A stretch of 64,000 bases of DNA from Candidatus Latescibacterota bacterium (GCA_965198115.1 OZ240241.1:2464001-2528000); one strand, 5' to 3'. Shown: positions 1 to 11,031, counted from the stretch's first letter. Numbers and translations: made by a program. The notes: a model not told the origin generated them from the letters alone.

Positions 1-862
1 ACGGGGGCGGATCCGCTGTCGTGTCGTGCCACCCGACACGCGGCGGGAACACGGTTCCCCCGTCGCCACGTCGCGCCGGATAGATCACGAGCCGCACGTC
101 CTCGTCCACCAAGAACCGATTGAGCCCGAACAGAATCTCGTTCCGGTCGCGTCGCAACTTCTCGAACACGTAGCGTGGCGCGTGTGCAATGAACCGTCGA
201 CGCTTGTCGGGATCCGTCGGAACCACCGGATCGGCATAGTCGATGTCGATCGGCTCGATCGGTTCAGGAGCCCTGGAGCGTTCGGACAACTGATCGTTGT
301 TCAATCGTACGGAGGGCGCACGTTCCAGCTCCTTTAAATCGGGTGGATCGCGCAGCAACACGATCTGTCCGCGTAGCTTGCCGCGGTACTCCGCAATGAA
401 CTCGTCGAGTGCTCGCTGGCGTTCTTTGAGGACGGCCGGCCATTCGAGCGGTGCGAGAATCGGTGATCCCGAAATGATGCCGTCAGATCCCGGTGTCCAC
501 GCCAAGGGCACACCGATCAGTGATGCGTACTGGGGTTCGATCATATGCGCTGAGAAGTGACTCGTCGACCAGCCACGGCCAAAGGGCCCCCAGGGCTCCA
601 GCTGCACGTTCTCGAGCCCCCACTTCTCGGCCGTGCGGACGACCCACTGCGCTCCCTCTTTTAGCCCAGGAGACCTCGTCAGCCGTGGACCGTAAACGTC
701 GGTCATGTGGAACACGTGATCCATCACCTTCGACTTCTTAAATGCCTCCTGGCGGATCCGGTGAACCACGTTCAGATCGGGCGAATCTCCAGCACACAGG
801 GCGGGAGCGCCGGCGAAGACCGAGCAAAACACGAGCAGCCCTGGGATGCAGAAAGGTCTCAT
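1..862 (-). CDS. Secreted M28-family (carboxypeptidase Q-like) metallopeptidase, 3' end outside the window
   Basis: Not in the ORF track because there is no stop in the window. Manual translation from ATG 862: MRPFCIPGLLVFCSVFAG..HRIRQEAFKKSKVMDHVFHMTDVYGPRLTRSPG..KWGLENVQLEPWGPFGRGW..LIGVPLAWTPG, a typical M28/CPQ N-terminus with signal peptide. Confidence 0.8.
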   Translation of the reverse strand, partial: MRPFCIPGLLVFCSVFAGAPALCAGDSPDLNVVHRIRQEAFKKSKVMDHVFHMTDVYGPRLTRSPGLKEGAQWVVRTAEKWGLENVQLEPWGPFGRGWSTSHFSAHMIEPQYASLIGVPLAWTPGSDGIISGSPILAPLEWPAVLKERQRALDEFIAEYRGKLRGQIVLLRDPPDLKELERAPSVRLNNDQLSERSRAPEPIEPIDIDYADPVVPTDPDKRRRFIAHAPRYVFEKLRRDRNEILFGLNRFLVDEDVRLVIYPARRGDGGTVFPPRVGWHDTTADPPP

Positions 863-1212
863 AGTGGTCCTCCGATAGAGGCCCGCGTCGCTCGCGACAC
901 TCGTGGCAGACGGTTCGGGCGACGACTTGCGGATGTCGAGGTAGCGACCTGCCGCGGGCAAGGGTGTCCACGAACTCTCGAAGGGTGGCGGCTGGTGGAG
1001 AAGCTGCGCATCGCAGCCAAGATGCGATGGCGAGGAACGGCGGGCAAGCAAAGGTGATGGAGGGGATTACTTCAATTGAAAAATTTCAAGCTCAAAACAT
1101 GGATCGAGCTCGGGTGCAGCTGAGGGGGGATCTCTCACCGTGTTTGTGGAGCTGACAATACGGTTCGAGATGACAGGGTGGGGCGTGCTTCTGGCGTAGA
1201 ATAGAATCCGAC

Positions 1213-2475
1213 TTAACCGTTTGGCCGATCCAGTGGAACGCGGATGTGGGCGTTGGCGTGGGCAAGGCCGTCTACGTTTTTCTCCAATTCGCGGTAACCC
1301 AAATTGTCCTGCAAACCAGCTGCCTTTGAGCGGTCGAGCACGGGCTGCTGCAGCGTATCCCGTTCTTCGGGGCAGACGTGGCGAAGCAGCGGCTGCAGGT
1401 CGGCCGGCAGGGCAAGATATTCCGCGTGCGAAAGCGGTCGGCAGATCGTGTTGAGATTGACCGTTTCGCCTGGGGCGAAGTCATCGACCGACACCCACCA
1501 GGGACACCACCGGTTGACCACGGCGATGCGGGGCCGGCCGCTGGGGTTGTGCATGGCAGACGCGTGCCAGCTCCGGGAATCCTGGATGTAAACCGACCCC
1601 GCCGGTGCCGTGACTTGCATGTCTCCGGGAATCGGCGCCGTCACCATCATCCCGTCGGCCGGTCCACGCGGATTACGTGGGTCCTTGTGCGATCCGGGCA
1701 CCACCCACGTGCCTCCCGAGTCTTCATCCACATCCGTCATATACCAGATCATCACCAGGCACAACGTCACGTCCGGGAAGGGCTGACGAACGCAACCGAC
1801 GTTCCCGCTGGGATCGTCCATCGCGTAGGCGGACAGGTCGTGGGGCCAGTCGGTGTGCCATTCCCGCGTATCCGCTCGCCCCCGGTATTGGACCCTCCCG
1901 AAGCCGCCAGGCGTGCCATCTGGCGAGTCGGCCGCGATCATCCGCGGATGCAGCTGCGCGATTCGCAAATGGTCGTCGAGGACGCGGCGCGCCACGGCAG
2001 TGACGACCGGATTAGCCAGATGCCGAGCGTATTGCGGCATCCAAATGATGTCGCAGGGTGGTTTCGGCGCGTGTCCGGCTCGGCGAACGGGTCTCAGCTC
2101 CAGCCCGTTGGCCGCAACCTCATCCAGCAATGCTTGGCCGGCCAATCCCTTCTTATCGGACAAGTCCCTGATCGCCTGGATGTTGCGTGCGGCTGTCGCG
2201 TGCGCCGCGACCATCTCTTCACGGATGGTGTCCACTTCGTCCGCGGGAATGACGTTGTCGATCACACAGAACCCGTATCGATCGATCGAATCGGCGCATC
2301 CCACCACGGTATCTTCAATCGGATCTGCTGTCGCGCTGAATGCGTAGGCCCGTGTGCGCTTGAGCTCGGCCGTGACCGCTTCGGGGTCGTGGGTCGCTCG
2401 ATAGAGCTGGTCGCGAGTCTCCTGCAGCTCTTGCTCAAGACGTGTGGCTTTCGCGTGTAATTCGTCGATGTTCAT
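1213..2475 (-). CDS. Phytanoyl-CoA dioxygenase (PhyH) family Fe(II)/2OG oxygenase with N-terminal coiled coil
   Basis: YGFCVIDNVI, WHTD (HxD), GGTWVVPGSH, AGSVYIQDSRSWH and R-IAVV motifs. Confidence 0.85.
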   Translation of the reverse strand: MNIDELHAKATRLEQELQETRDQLYRATHDPEAVTAELKRTRAYAFSATADPIEDTVVGCADSIDRYGFCVIDNVIPADEVDTIREEMVAAHATAARNIQAIRDLSDKKGLAGQALLDEVAANGLELRPVRRAGHAPKPPCDIIWMPQYARHLANPVVTAVARRVLDDHLRIAQLHPRMIAADSPDGTPGGFGRVQYRGRADTREWHTDWPHDLSAYAMDDPSGNVGCVRQPFPDVTLCLVMIWYMTDVDEDSGGTWVVPGSHKDPRNPRGPADGMMVTAPIPGDMQVTAPAGSVYIQDSRSWHASAMHNPSGRPRIAVVNRWCPWWVSVDDFAPGETVNLNTICRPLSHAEYLALPADLQPLLRHVCPEERDTLQQPVLDRSKAAGLQDNLGYRELEKNVDGLAHANAHIRVPLDRPNG

Positions 2476-2624
2476 TGAGACCTCAGAGTAGCCCGCCACG
2501 GCTGCTAGCGGTAGAGGATCTGGGCCGGATGGACAGGGGGGCGTGGGGCGAGCCCTTCGATACGCGACCTGGGGTCGCTACTCGGGAAGGGCAATCGTGG
2601 CAATGACCTTCATCGACCACTCCA

Positions 2625-4103
2625 TCACTCCAACCAGAACGAGTACAACCGCGCCTGTCGCAAGTAAAACTTGAGGCGCACGGGCTTGTCGAAAACCAGG
2701 CGGTGCGGATGCTTCCACGTCAGTTTTGCCTTCGTGCTGTCGCCAGTGAACGGCGCTGGCCTTTCGGACGGTACCCAGAAACCGTCGTGCGGCTTCCGCG
2801 TTTCGCCATCCACGATCTCGGCGTAGATCTCGCCCCAAGTGGCATCGGCGTTGATGTATATGTCCTCGCCCTTGAGCTCGAAAGGCTTGGTGAGAATCGT
2901 GCCGCACTCGCCGCCATCGATCGACACGAAGCCGTCAGGACGCAGCTTGGCGAGGGATAGCGCTCCGCTGTCTTCGAAATGCTCCGGATCGACGTTGAGC
3001 CGAAACAGTTCCTGGCATCGGTTGAACTCTTTGTAAAGCTCGATGCTTCCGGGTAGTCGGAAGGCATTGTAGTAGCACCAAATCTCGCCATCGTCCCGCA
3101 CGATCGGATGACCCGCCATCAACAGTTGGCTGCATCCGTAGTTTTCACCGTCGAACGGCTCCAGACCGATGAACAGCGCGCGATCGGCCACGCGCTCCCA
3201 GTGCAAGAGATCTCGGGAAACGGTCATCTCGATCTGGTTGATACGCGTGAAGTTCGTGGCGGGCGGTGGAACGGCGCCGAACGGATTGAAGATGGTGGGG
3301 AAACCGATGTAGAACCCCTGATAAGGCAGCACCGCCATATTGTAACATTCCGCGATGTAATCCTCCTCGTCGACGATGGGCGGTGTGATGTAGGCCGGAT
3401 TGTCGATCACCTCGCGCACCCGGCGACGGCGATTTTCGCGGTCTTGCTCGTCCGTATGAAAAATCAGCTTTGGCTCGGTGAATTCGTTGAAATCGGTGCT
3501 CGTCGAAAGCCATACCGACCGCCCCCATTCGGTTGGCTGTTTGACCGTGGCAAGAAACTGATTGGATTGGTGATCGTGCGTGAACTGGGATTCGTCCTGG
3601 CTCAGGATCGGCGGCGTGTCGATCATCGTCCAATGGAATCCATCGGGTGACACGGCCGGGTAGCGATTGCTCGCGCTCAGCAATCCTTTGTAGCGCCGAC
3701 TCGGATCGAGATCCGTTTCATCGCGCACACAATGGTAGAGCCGTCCCGGGCGCTTCTCATTCGGATCGAAGGCCGCCTGCCCCGCAGGATCGTAAGCAAT
3801 GTTGTTTGCTTTCGACCCGTTCCATTCGAACAGACCCAGGTTCGGCTGTTCCCTCTGTTCGCCATCTTCGGAGGTCGCGTAATAGACATTCTCTCCGAAA
3901 TACCACCACTCCCACAGATTCTTCTCCGGATTCCACTGCGGGCACGTCCTGCTCTGAATGCCGCCGGTGATGACCGGACCCCATTTCTTGGGGGAATGCA
4001 GCGTTCGGCTGGTACGCGTGGCCGTCTCTATCGCGAAGTCGTCCACGAACAGTTGACGGTGAGTTTTGGGGTCGATCAGTTCAAGACTCATTTGCGATTC
4101 CAT
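2625..4103 (-). CDS. Hypothetical protein, probable 5-bladed beta-propeller glycoside hydrolase-like fold
   Basis: RQLFVDD start, YATSEDG, SPDGFHW, SRDLLHW, LAKLRPDGFVS, C-terminal ARLYSFW. Confidence 0.65.
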   Translation of the reverse strand: MESQMSLELIDPKTHRQLFVDDFAIETATRTSRTLHSPKKWGPVITGGIQSRTCPQWNPEKNLWEWWYFGENVYYATSEDGEQREQPNLGLFEWNGSKANNIAYDPAGQAAFDPNEKRPGRLYHCVRDETDLDPSRRYKGLLSASNRYPAVSPDGFHWTMIDTPPILSQDESQFTHDHQSNQFLATVKQPTEWGRSVWLSTSTDFNEFTEPKLIFHTDEQDRENRRRRVREVIDNPAYITPPIVDEEDYIAECYNMAVLPYQGFYIGFPTIFNPFGAVPPPATNFTRINQIEMTVSRDLLHWERVADRALFIGLEPFDGENYGCSQLLMAGHPIVRDDGEIWCYYNAFRLPGSIELYKEFNRCQELFRLNVDPEHFEDSGALSLAKLRPDGFVSIDGGECGTILTKPFELKGEDIYINADATWGEIYAEIVDGETRKPHDGFWVPSERPAPFTGDSTKAKLTWKHPHRLVFDKPVRLKFYLRQARLYSFWLE

Positions 4104-4151
4104 CTCAGGGGAAGAGTCCCACAGTAAACGACGCACATTAGGTCGGCGCCT

Positions 4152-4632
4152 TTATGCATCGATGCACCGCTCTTCGCGATCGGTTCTCCGACTGTAGCCG
4201 GGCGTGGAAGATGGTAGCGCGTAATGACTTGGACGTAATGGCTTCGCGCTATGGGTCTTCCCGACTCGGAGAGTCGGTCCTACGCAATCTTGCGCAAAAA
4301 GGCACGCTTGGCCACCGGTTTTCCAGCCGTATTCCGACGGAATCGTGATCGTAAACCATCCCGTACCGTCGAAGCGATTGATGCCTCTTACCTCACCGCC
4401 TGAAGTTCCGCTCTGGCCGCCTGTCACCAGACACACCCACAGTGTTCCGTCCCTGCGTTGTTTCATACCACCGGGACCCCACCGACCAATACCCACCAAC
4501 CCATCCTCCGTCGAGTAGGTCGTCCAGCGCCACGTCTCTGTCATCGGATCGGGCGTTGTCACGGTCAGGGTGTCGACAGCCAGAAGCGCCGATGACACTG
4601 ACAGTAGAGTGAGAAGGGAGAGGGAGAGGCAT
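4152..4632 (-). pseudogene. N-terminal fragment of a beta-propeller (two-component regulator propeller) sensor protein
   Basis: Signal-like LLTLLSVSSALLA, then PDPMTETWRWTTYSTEDGL..DGTLWV..GINRFDGTGW; similarity is lost after about 4320. Confidence 0.55.
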
Positions 4633-4912
4633 TGGATTAGGAAATTATGGAATTAGGAAATTCAGAAAATGGGGCAATCGTCTTAAGGACCGTATCCAAG
4701 GCCCCAGTAACTACGCATCGCGACCAAGATAAGGAAGGCGAGGAATGGCGAGCAAGACCCTCCTCCGCTCTGCAGGACACGAGATTCGACTGGGATGGCA
4801 GGTATAGGGAGGGGATAACCAAGACAGTAAAGCCCCGCCGATCCGTTGATCAGCGGGGCTCTCTGGACAAACAGGGTCTGCCCAAAACAGTCTACAACGA
4901 CGCAGAGAACTG

Positions 4913-5125
4913 TCAGTCGTGTGAATCCGCCTCTTCCTGCATCCAGCGCTTGTGATCGGGCCAACTCCCTCCAGTGGGATGCTTGGCGACGACCCTGTGA
5001 ACGTGGTGATGAACGTGCGTGGCGCGCTCGAAGAGGTCTTCGAACGACGGGCCTCGAGTCGCCCGCCAGAACATAACCGCAATCACCACGAACATCACAT
5101 ACAGAAACATTCCTAATTCGATCAT
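4913..5125 (-). CDS. Small single-TM protein with His-rich segment
   Basis: 70 aa, N-terminal hydrophobic helix, THVHHHVH, GGAG about 6 nt upstream of ATG. Confidence 0.45.
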   Translation of the reverse strand: MIELGMFLYVMFVVIAVMFWRATRGPSFEDLFERATHVHHHVHRVVAKHPTGGSWPDHKRWMQEEADSHD

Positions 5126-5375
5126 AACCCACGGCTCCTGTCCGATGTCTGAAGTAAAACTACCACCAAATCCAATAAAAGTGAAATCACTTACCTGTGC
5201 GTCCTTTCATACTTACTCAAACAGTCGCCCTCATTCGTTTCAACATATCCCTGCGCCCCGCCATCGAAGTCTTCACCAGTAAAGCTTGCGGGGTTTCTTC
5301 ACCCTTCTCACTCTGAAATCGATTCAGCCAGCTCTCGCCGTGGTTCTCAAAGTTCCCACAGACAGATAGACGGAA

Positions 5376-5789
5376 TCAGAAATCCACGGACCGCACGGCG
5401 ACCCACGCTCCGTCGCGAAACTCCACGAAATCCCGTGCGAATTTTTCCTTAGGCCCAAGGTAGATGAACGTCATACTCATCTCCCCGTCGACGGCCTGGA
5501 ATCCGTGAGGCACGCCTTGCGGCACGAACACGTAGGTTCCTTTGGGGGCCGGCTCGGTCGTGACTTTTCCGTCGGGATCGCCCCAGTGGAATTCGGAAGC
5601 ACCCCGCGTAATGATGATGACCTCGTGGCACGTGGGATGCACGTGCGTGGCGATACCGGTCCCCTCGGGGAAATCCGCGTCTCCGAGATAGATATCCTCC
5701 GTCAGCATATCGCGGACGGCGATCTCTCCCTCGAGAATCTTCGGTTCCACGTTGGATGCGTGGACGGTGTAGGGTTGGGTTCTGGGCAT
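5376..5789 (-). CDS. Cupin domain protein
   Basis: HVHPTCHEVIIITRG and GTYVFVPQGVPHGF cupin motifs; GGAG RBS before ATG 5789. Confidence 0.85.
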   Translation of the reverse strand: MPRTQPYTVHASNVEPKILEGEIAVRDMLTEDIYLGDADFPEGTGIATHVHPTCHEVIIITRGASEFHWGDPDGKVTTEPAPKGTYVFVPQGVPHGFQAVDGEMSMTFIYLGPKEKFARDFVEFRDGAWVAVRSVDF

Positions 5790-6068
5790 CGTGTTTCTCC
5801 AGGTTCGGTTCAGAACGAACGGTTCAGCTTCGGCCGCAAAGACGCTCTTCATCCGCGCCGTTTACTGATGTGTTTGGTTTGTTGTGATCTTCGTGTTGAT
5901 CGCGACCAAGATACGGTGACCGGCGAACCGCGGGCAAGCCCGGCTGGTGAGGGGATCACCGCAGCAGGCAAGCCGGTCGGTTTGACACTGCAAGTTCAGA
6001 CAATATTCTGCCAGCACGTCCGACAAACCGCACGCTCTTCTGGATGCTTCATTGACTAGAAGGTAACC

Positions 6069-6445
6069 GTGGGCCCTTCACTCATCATTAGACGCATCCA
6101 TCTCTACGTGGCGCTGTTCCTCGTGCCGCGGATGTTGATGTATGCCCTCAGCACGCTCACGATGAATCACCGTGGTGGTTCAAGCAATACTACGGCGGCC
6201 ACGTCGTAGAATGGGAGCCCGCGATCGAGGAACGATTCGGGTTCGAGAACACCGAATCCACATCACGTCAAGAAGTCGCAGACGCCATCCTGTCCCATTT
6301 GGGGATCGAACGCGCACACAATGTCAGGGGGAGACTGGATCGACGGATCACGATCACGCGAGATGATCCCTGGGACACACGGCGGATCTCCTACACGCCT
6401 GCGGACAGTATGCTCCGCTTCGCACACAAATTCCGGCCAATCTGA
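6069..6445 (+). pseudogene. Degraded PepSY-associated TM helix protein
   Basis: LIIRRIHLYVALFLVP(R)MLMYALSTLTMNH, frameshift near 6170, then WFKQYYGG..RITITR..TRRISYTP and truncation against the convergent gene. Confidence 0.55.
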
Positions 6446-7579
6446 TCAGGTCCCCTCGGGTTCCAGCCCCAGGAAGAACTGTCCCGCTGTTTCATAATGA
6501 GCCATCCGCCCCTGAATCTGCTGTGTGATGGCGTGTACATCCTGGAACCGGCGCTGAATCGGATTGTTCTCGAAAATGGCGTGTGACCCGCACAGGTTGT
6601 AAGCGATATCCACTGCCTCGGCCGCCATTCGGATGGCATTGGAACTGGCCAGCCGCAGCCGGATCCGCTCCTCGAGAGTCAACGCGCCCGTCGTGCACGC
6701 CCCCTCCCACGCGGCCGTCGCCTTGTCGAACAGAAAGGCCCGCGCCGACCCCCAGATCGCCTCGGCCTTGCCCACTTGCTGCTGAACGACGGGGTTGTCC
6801 CGCAAGAGAACCGTGTCCCGGCGCGGCGTCTTGCCCCCCGCAAGTTCGATAGCTGCATCCAGACCCGCGCGGGCAACGCCCAACGCCACGCAGGCGAATC
6901 CCGACGAGAAGAAAAGCGATGTCGGAAAGACGTAGAGCGGACCCTCTTCCCGAGACGGACCACCCTGATCGAACGTCCGATGGCCCGGGACGAACAGGTC
7001 TTCCACCTCGAATCCGAAACTGCCCGTTCCGCGCAGACCGGTGACCTGCCACACATCCACGAGAGTCACCTCTGACTTCGGAACCATACACATCAGCGGC
7101 TTGCCCGTGCCTTTGACCGGGGCGAGGCCACCCATCCAGTTTGCGTGGTGGCAGCCGCTGCTGAAAACCCAACGTCCGGTCAGCCGATACCCGCCGTCTA
7201 CGGGTCGTGCCTCCGCCTCGGTTGGAGGACCGTTTGCGACGACCGACCGTGGGTCGCTGAAGATTTCCTGTGCGAGGGGCTCGGGCATCACCGAGGATCG
7301 ACTCGCGAATCCGTTCCCCTGGTTGACACACCACGCGGTGCTCCCGTCCGCCTCGCCGATTGCTTCGATGATGCCCAGGTATTCCAGCCAATCCATCTCG
7401 GCCCCACCCAGAGAGCGCGGCACGAGCAGGCGGAGGAATCCGCCGTCGATGATTTCGTCGGCCAGCTCCGTCGGCAGCTTCCGATCACGATCAATACGGT
7501 CGGCCGCGGCAACGACACGCGGAAGGAGGTCGTGAACACGCGTGAGGTAAGATTCGTCCGGATTCATCTCAGTGACCAT
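6446..7579 (-). CDS. Acyl-CoA dehydrogenase-fold flavin-dependent monooxygenase (HsaA/IacA-like hydroxylase)
   Basis: ADGSTAW, GYRLTGRWVFSSGCHHANW, WQVTGLRGTGS, QRRFQDVHAITQQ. Confidence 0.85.
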   Translation of the reverse strand: MVTEMNPDESYLTRVHDLLPRVVAAADRIDRDRKLPTELADEIIDGGFLRLLVPRSLGGAEMDWLEYLGIIEAIGEADGSTAWCVNQGNGFASRSSVMPEPLAQEIFSDPRSVVANGPPTEAEARPVDGGYRLTGRWVFSSGCHHANWMGGLAPVKGTGKPLMCMVPKSEVTLVDVWQVTGLRGTGSFGFEVEDLFVPGHRTFDQGGPSREEGPLYVFPTSLFFSSGFACVALGVARAGLDAAIELAGGKTPRRDTVLLRDNPVVQQQVGKAEAIWGSARAFLFDKATAAWEGACTTGALTLEERIRLRLASSNAIRMAAEAVDIAYNLCGSHAIFENNPIQRRFQDVHAITQQIQGRMAHYETAGQFFLGLEPEGT

Positions 7580-7628
7580 AGCAGTCCTTTGCCAGCGTAA
7601 CCCGACGCCCACATCCGAACCCATTCCT

Positions 7629-8903
7629 CTACGGAGCCGCAGCTTCTCCACGGTACGGAGCCTTTGCCAGCAGAAAAGCAACGATCGAGACGATGAGCAT
7701 TCCGACCGTGATGCTGAACATCAGATTGTAGCCGCCGGTAGAGTCGAAAATCATCCCCGCCATAATCGGACCCGCAATGACCGGAATGATGATCGCCGTT
7801 TGGGTCAAACCCATAATGCTACCGAATTGCCTCAGACCAAACATATCCGTGATCACCAGAGGTGTCAGAGCGCCAACACCACCCATACCCAGACCGAAAA
7901 CACCGATCCCGGCCCAGGTGACGGCCTGATCGCCTGAAATGATCATGATCGTGAGTCCAACCCCTTAGAGGATCAGTATCACCACGTAGGCCAGGCGTGC
8001 GGTGATCGTCTCGCTGAGACGACCGAAGATCAGCTTGCTAGTCATCGCGAAGAACGCGAGCAGCATCATCGCCCCGGAGGCCGCTGCAAGACTGAACCCG
8101 ATCTGCTGGAGATGAGGCACCATCTGGCTCACGACGCCGGTTCTCACGAACTGCTGCAGCGTCATACCCACCACCAGAAACCAGAACGTCGACGTTCGCA
8201 ACGCTTCTGACAGGACGAGGCCCTCGCTCGTCTTCAACTGCTGTCGCGAGTCGGATTCACTCGGTGCCCACCGCTTGCCTTGTTCTTTCAGGACATCCGC
8301 GTCCCTGTCTCGTATGACCAGAATCGACAGGACGACGAACCCCAACAGACCCGAAGCCAACACGACAAAGGTCCAGCGCCAACCCACCGTCGTGATCAAC
8401 GCAGCGACGATGGGAATGGCGAGCATGCTGCCAAAGTTGTTCCCTGCAGTCACCAACCCCATCATCCGACCACGAATCCGAGGAAACCACGTATTCACGA
8501 GGCGGCCCGCCGGCATCATCGTCGCCCCCGGTGTACCCGCGAACATCACGGCGCTATAGAGATAGAATTGCCAGAGTTCCGTCATCGACGCGCGAAGCAG
8601 GAACGCGATCGCAACGATTGCGATCGAGCCCGCCATCGTCCACCGGGCGCCAATCCGATCCATCAGATTTCCGACGAACGGAGACAGAAGCCCTGAGACC
8701 ACGCCGAACGTCAACGCCCCGTTGACCTCCGTGCGGGACCATCCAAACTCCTCTTCGAGAGGAAGGATGAACAGACTGAACGCAAATTGCGCGGTTCCCA
8801 GTACCGCCCCAATGGAAAGGGCTGATACACCAGCGATGTACCAGCCTCTGTAGATGCCCTTGGTGATGGGTGGGGGTTGCTCAGCGGTTCGAGATATTGT
8901 GAT
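7629..8903 (-). pseudogene. MFS transporter with internal TAA stop and no canonical start codon
   Basis: One frame from about 8903 (IYRGWYIAG..FILPLEEEFGWSRTEV) through an in-frame TAA at 7965-7967 into ORF 7629..7946; motif A GNLMDRIGAR. Confidence 0.7.
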
Positions 8904-9182
8904 GGCTCCGCGTGTACGCAGTAATACGATCGTTTCGATCGGAAAGGCATCACGATTAAGATAGGGATCCGCCTTCGTTCGAAAAAGCCTGAGCTTCCAC
9001 CTCCGCTGAAGCTACGGTGGGCGGGGCGAGGAATCGCCGGCAGTGTTCCCCACATCCCAATGACTATGCATTGACGACTTTTGTTCAACGCATCCGTGTC
9101 GTGGAAGGATTCGTTCACCTTCCTATTGCGAGGCTACAGCATCCAGCAAGGCTCCTGCCGCACGGCGCTTGCAGTGGCGAAC

Positions 9183-9211
9183 TTGAGAGGCAAGGGAGTG
9201 TGTGCTATCTT
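9183..9211 (+). promoter_or_regulatory. Putative sigma70 promoter for coiled-coil gene 1
   Basis: TTGAGA-N17-TATCTT, mirrored by TTGAGG-N17-TATCAT ahead of the paralog at 14459. Confidence 0.45.
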
Positions 9212-9302
9212 CTACACAATGCGTTATAGGAGTTTACGATGGCTGAAGAACTCGGCACCCGCGATGTGCTCGAGCAGGTCGACGCCCGACTGAACAAAAT
9301 CG

Positions 9303-10729
9303 GGCTCTATCCGGGTTTCTCAACGGTGAAACTATAGAATGACAAGGTCATAGATCGTTCCCTACGCTTGGTTGTGTGTGTAGGACAATCAAAGCGAAGG
9401 GGGTGCGACCTATGACCGGGAGCAGATTACTATCGAAACTGCTGAGATTCAAGGGGTTCCGTGTTGTCAGCTGGTGGTTTGAGGGGAGAAGCTGTTTCGT
9501 CATCGCCGTAAAGCCACATAAGAATGGTTGTTGTTGTCCGGAGTGCGGCCGTCGAGGTAAAATCGTCCGCACAATGCCCCATCCGCGTCGGTGGCGTGAC
9601 ATTCCGGTGTGCGGGTGGAGGGTCTGGCTTCTCTACCATCCTCGGGAGATTCGGTGTCCTACCCACGGTCGTGTGGTCGAGGAGATTCCGTGGGCGGAGC
9701 GGTTCTCTCGGGTGACGTATCGCTTCGAGTATGCCATGCTGCGCTACTGCCAGACCATGACGCAGAAGGCGGCGTCCGAGTTGCTGCGCATCTCTGCCTC
9801 GACGCTGTCGGATCTCCTTCACCGATCCATCACGCGGCTTCGTGAAGGTCATCGTATCCGAGGGCTCAAAACCATCGGGATCGACGAGATCTCCTACGCC
9901 AAGCGTCACAGGTACGCCACGCTCGTTTACGATCTGGACCGCTCCTGCGTGGTGTGGGTTGGCCGCGGCAGGGCGCGTAAAACGATCGATCGGTTCTTCA
10001 CAGAGGCTCTCAGTCCCTACCAGAGATCCAAGATCGAGTGGGCCTGCTGCGACATGAGCGAAGCTTGAAGCTTACATCGGAGCCATCCAGGAACACTGTC
10101 CGAATGCCAAGCTGGTCCTCGATCGCTTTCACATCGTCAAGGCTCTCAATGCCGCCGTTGACGAGGTCCGTAAGGACCAGTGGCGTAAAGCTGCCCCGGA
10201 TGAGCGCAAAGCCATGAAGGGCCTCCGATGGCTCCTCTACCGGCACTCAGCGACACGCTCCAGAGGGGATACTCGGACACTCAAAGCACTGGAGAAGGCG
10301 AACTACCGAATCTATAGAGCCTGGAGACTCAAGGACGAGTTCGAGCAGTTCTGGGAATACAAAGCGCCCTGGGCTGCCGAACGCTTCCTGAAATGCTGGA
10401 CGACGTCCGCACTCAGAAGTCGACGTGAACCCCTGCGAAAGTTCGTCAGGACCCTGCGACAGCACTTCTTCGGCGTCCTCGCATTCGTGAACACGCGTCT
10501 TACCAACGCCATCGCCGAAGGCCTCAACCGAATCGTCCAAATCGTCAAGAACCGAGCCAGCGGATTCCGCACACTCGACGCATTCAACGATATGATCTTC
10601 CTTACCGTCGGAGACATAAACATCCCTGAGCAGATTCCGAAGAGGTTCCGCACACGCTAACCGCGCCCCCATGCCAGGAACCACGGCACCTTCACCCACT
10701 TCATCTCGTTGAGAGATCCGGATATAGCC
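9303..10729 (+). mobile_element. ISL3-family insertion sequence, copy 1 (1427 bp, inactivated transposase)
   Basis: Imperfect IRs GGCTCTATCCGGGTTTCTCAACG / CGTTGAGAGATCCGGATATAGCC; 8-bp target duplication CAAAATCG at 9295-9302 and 10730-10737. Confidence 0.93.
9412..10660 (+). pseudogene. ISL3 transposase broken by a 7-nt duplication
   Basis: CPECG zinc finger, IGIDE, CDMS, DRFH, TNAIAEGLN; GAAGCTT duplicated at 10060-10073 creates TGA and a frameshift. Confidence 0.9.
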
Positions 10730-11001
10730 CAAAATCGAGGCGGACATCCGGGAATTGCGATCGGGATTGAAACGCGCTTCGATAGGTTGGAGACGCGTTG
10801 GGGGCAGATTGATGCACGTTTCGAACGGATGGATTCCCGATTCGACCTTGCACATCAAGAGACGAACAATCTGCGTTCAGATATGGGCAAGGACATCCGT
10901 TGGCTTGTTGGACTCCTCTTTGCCGGGTGGCTGTCCCTGATGGCTACGATGGCTACTATCTGGACCAAGCTCTGACATCGAACAGCCTATCATCGACTGA
11001 G

Positions 11002-11031
11002 AGGGATCGGGACTCTTCCCGATCCCTTTTT
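11002..11031 (+). terminator. Rho-independent terminator
   Basis: AGGGATCGGGA-CTCT-TCCCGATCCCT followed by a T run, just after the stop at 10975. Confidence 0.75.

Larger units (their letters stand above)
9239..10975 (+). pseudogene. Small coiled-coil protein with C-terminal TM helix (DUF1640/CCDC90-like), interrupted by ISL3
   Basis: MAEELGTRDVLEQVDARLNKI | IS | EADIRELRSG (1-nt shift) IETRFDRLETR..DIRWLVGLLFAGWLSLMATMATIWTKL; paralog of 14459..14689. Confidence 0.75.

Noticed and set aside
1378-2460. Long antisense or overlapping ORFs (also 33729..34937, 37575..38531, 41183..42106, 21189..22337)
   Set aside because: Shadow ORFs expected in high-GC DNA over well-supported genes
4634-4670. 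Short AT-rich tandem (ATTAGGAAATT twice)
   Set aside because: Only two copies beside a pseudogene; no function can be supported
5850-6052. Minus-strand CRTCWQNIV*TC as a second selenoprotein
   Set aside because: No recognisable family, RBS or SECIS; it lies in a probable promoter region
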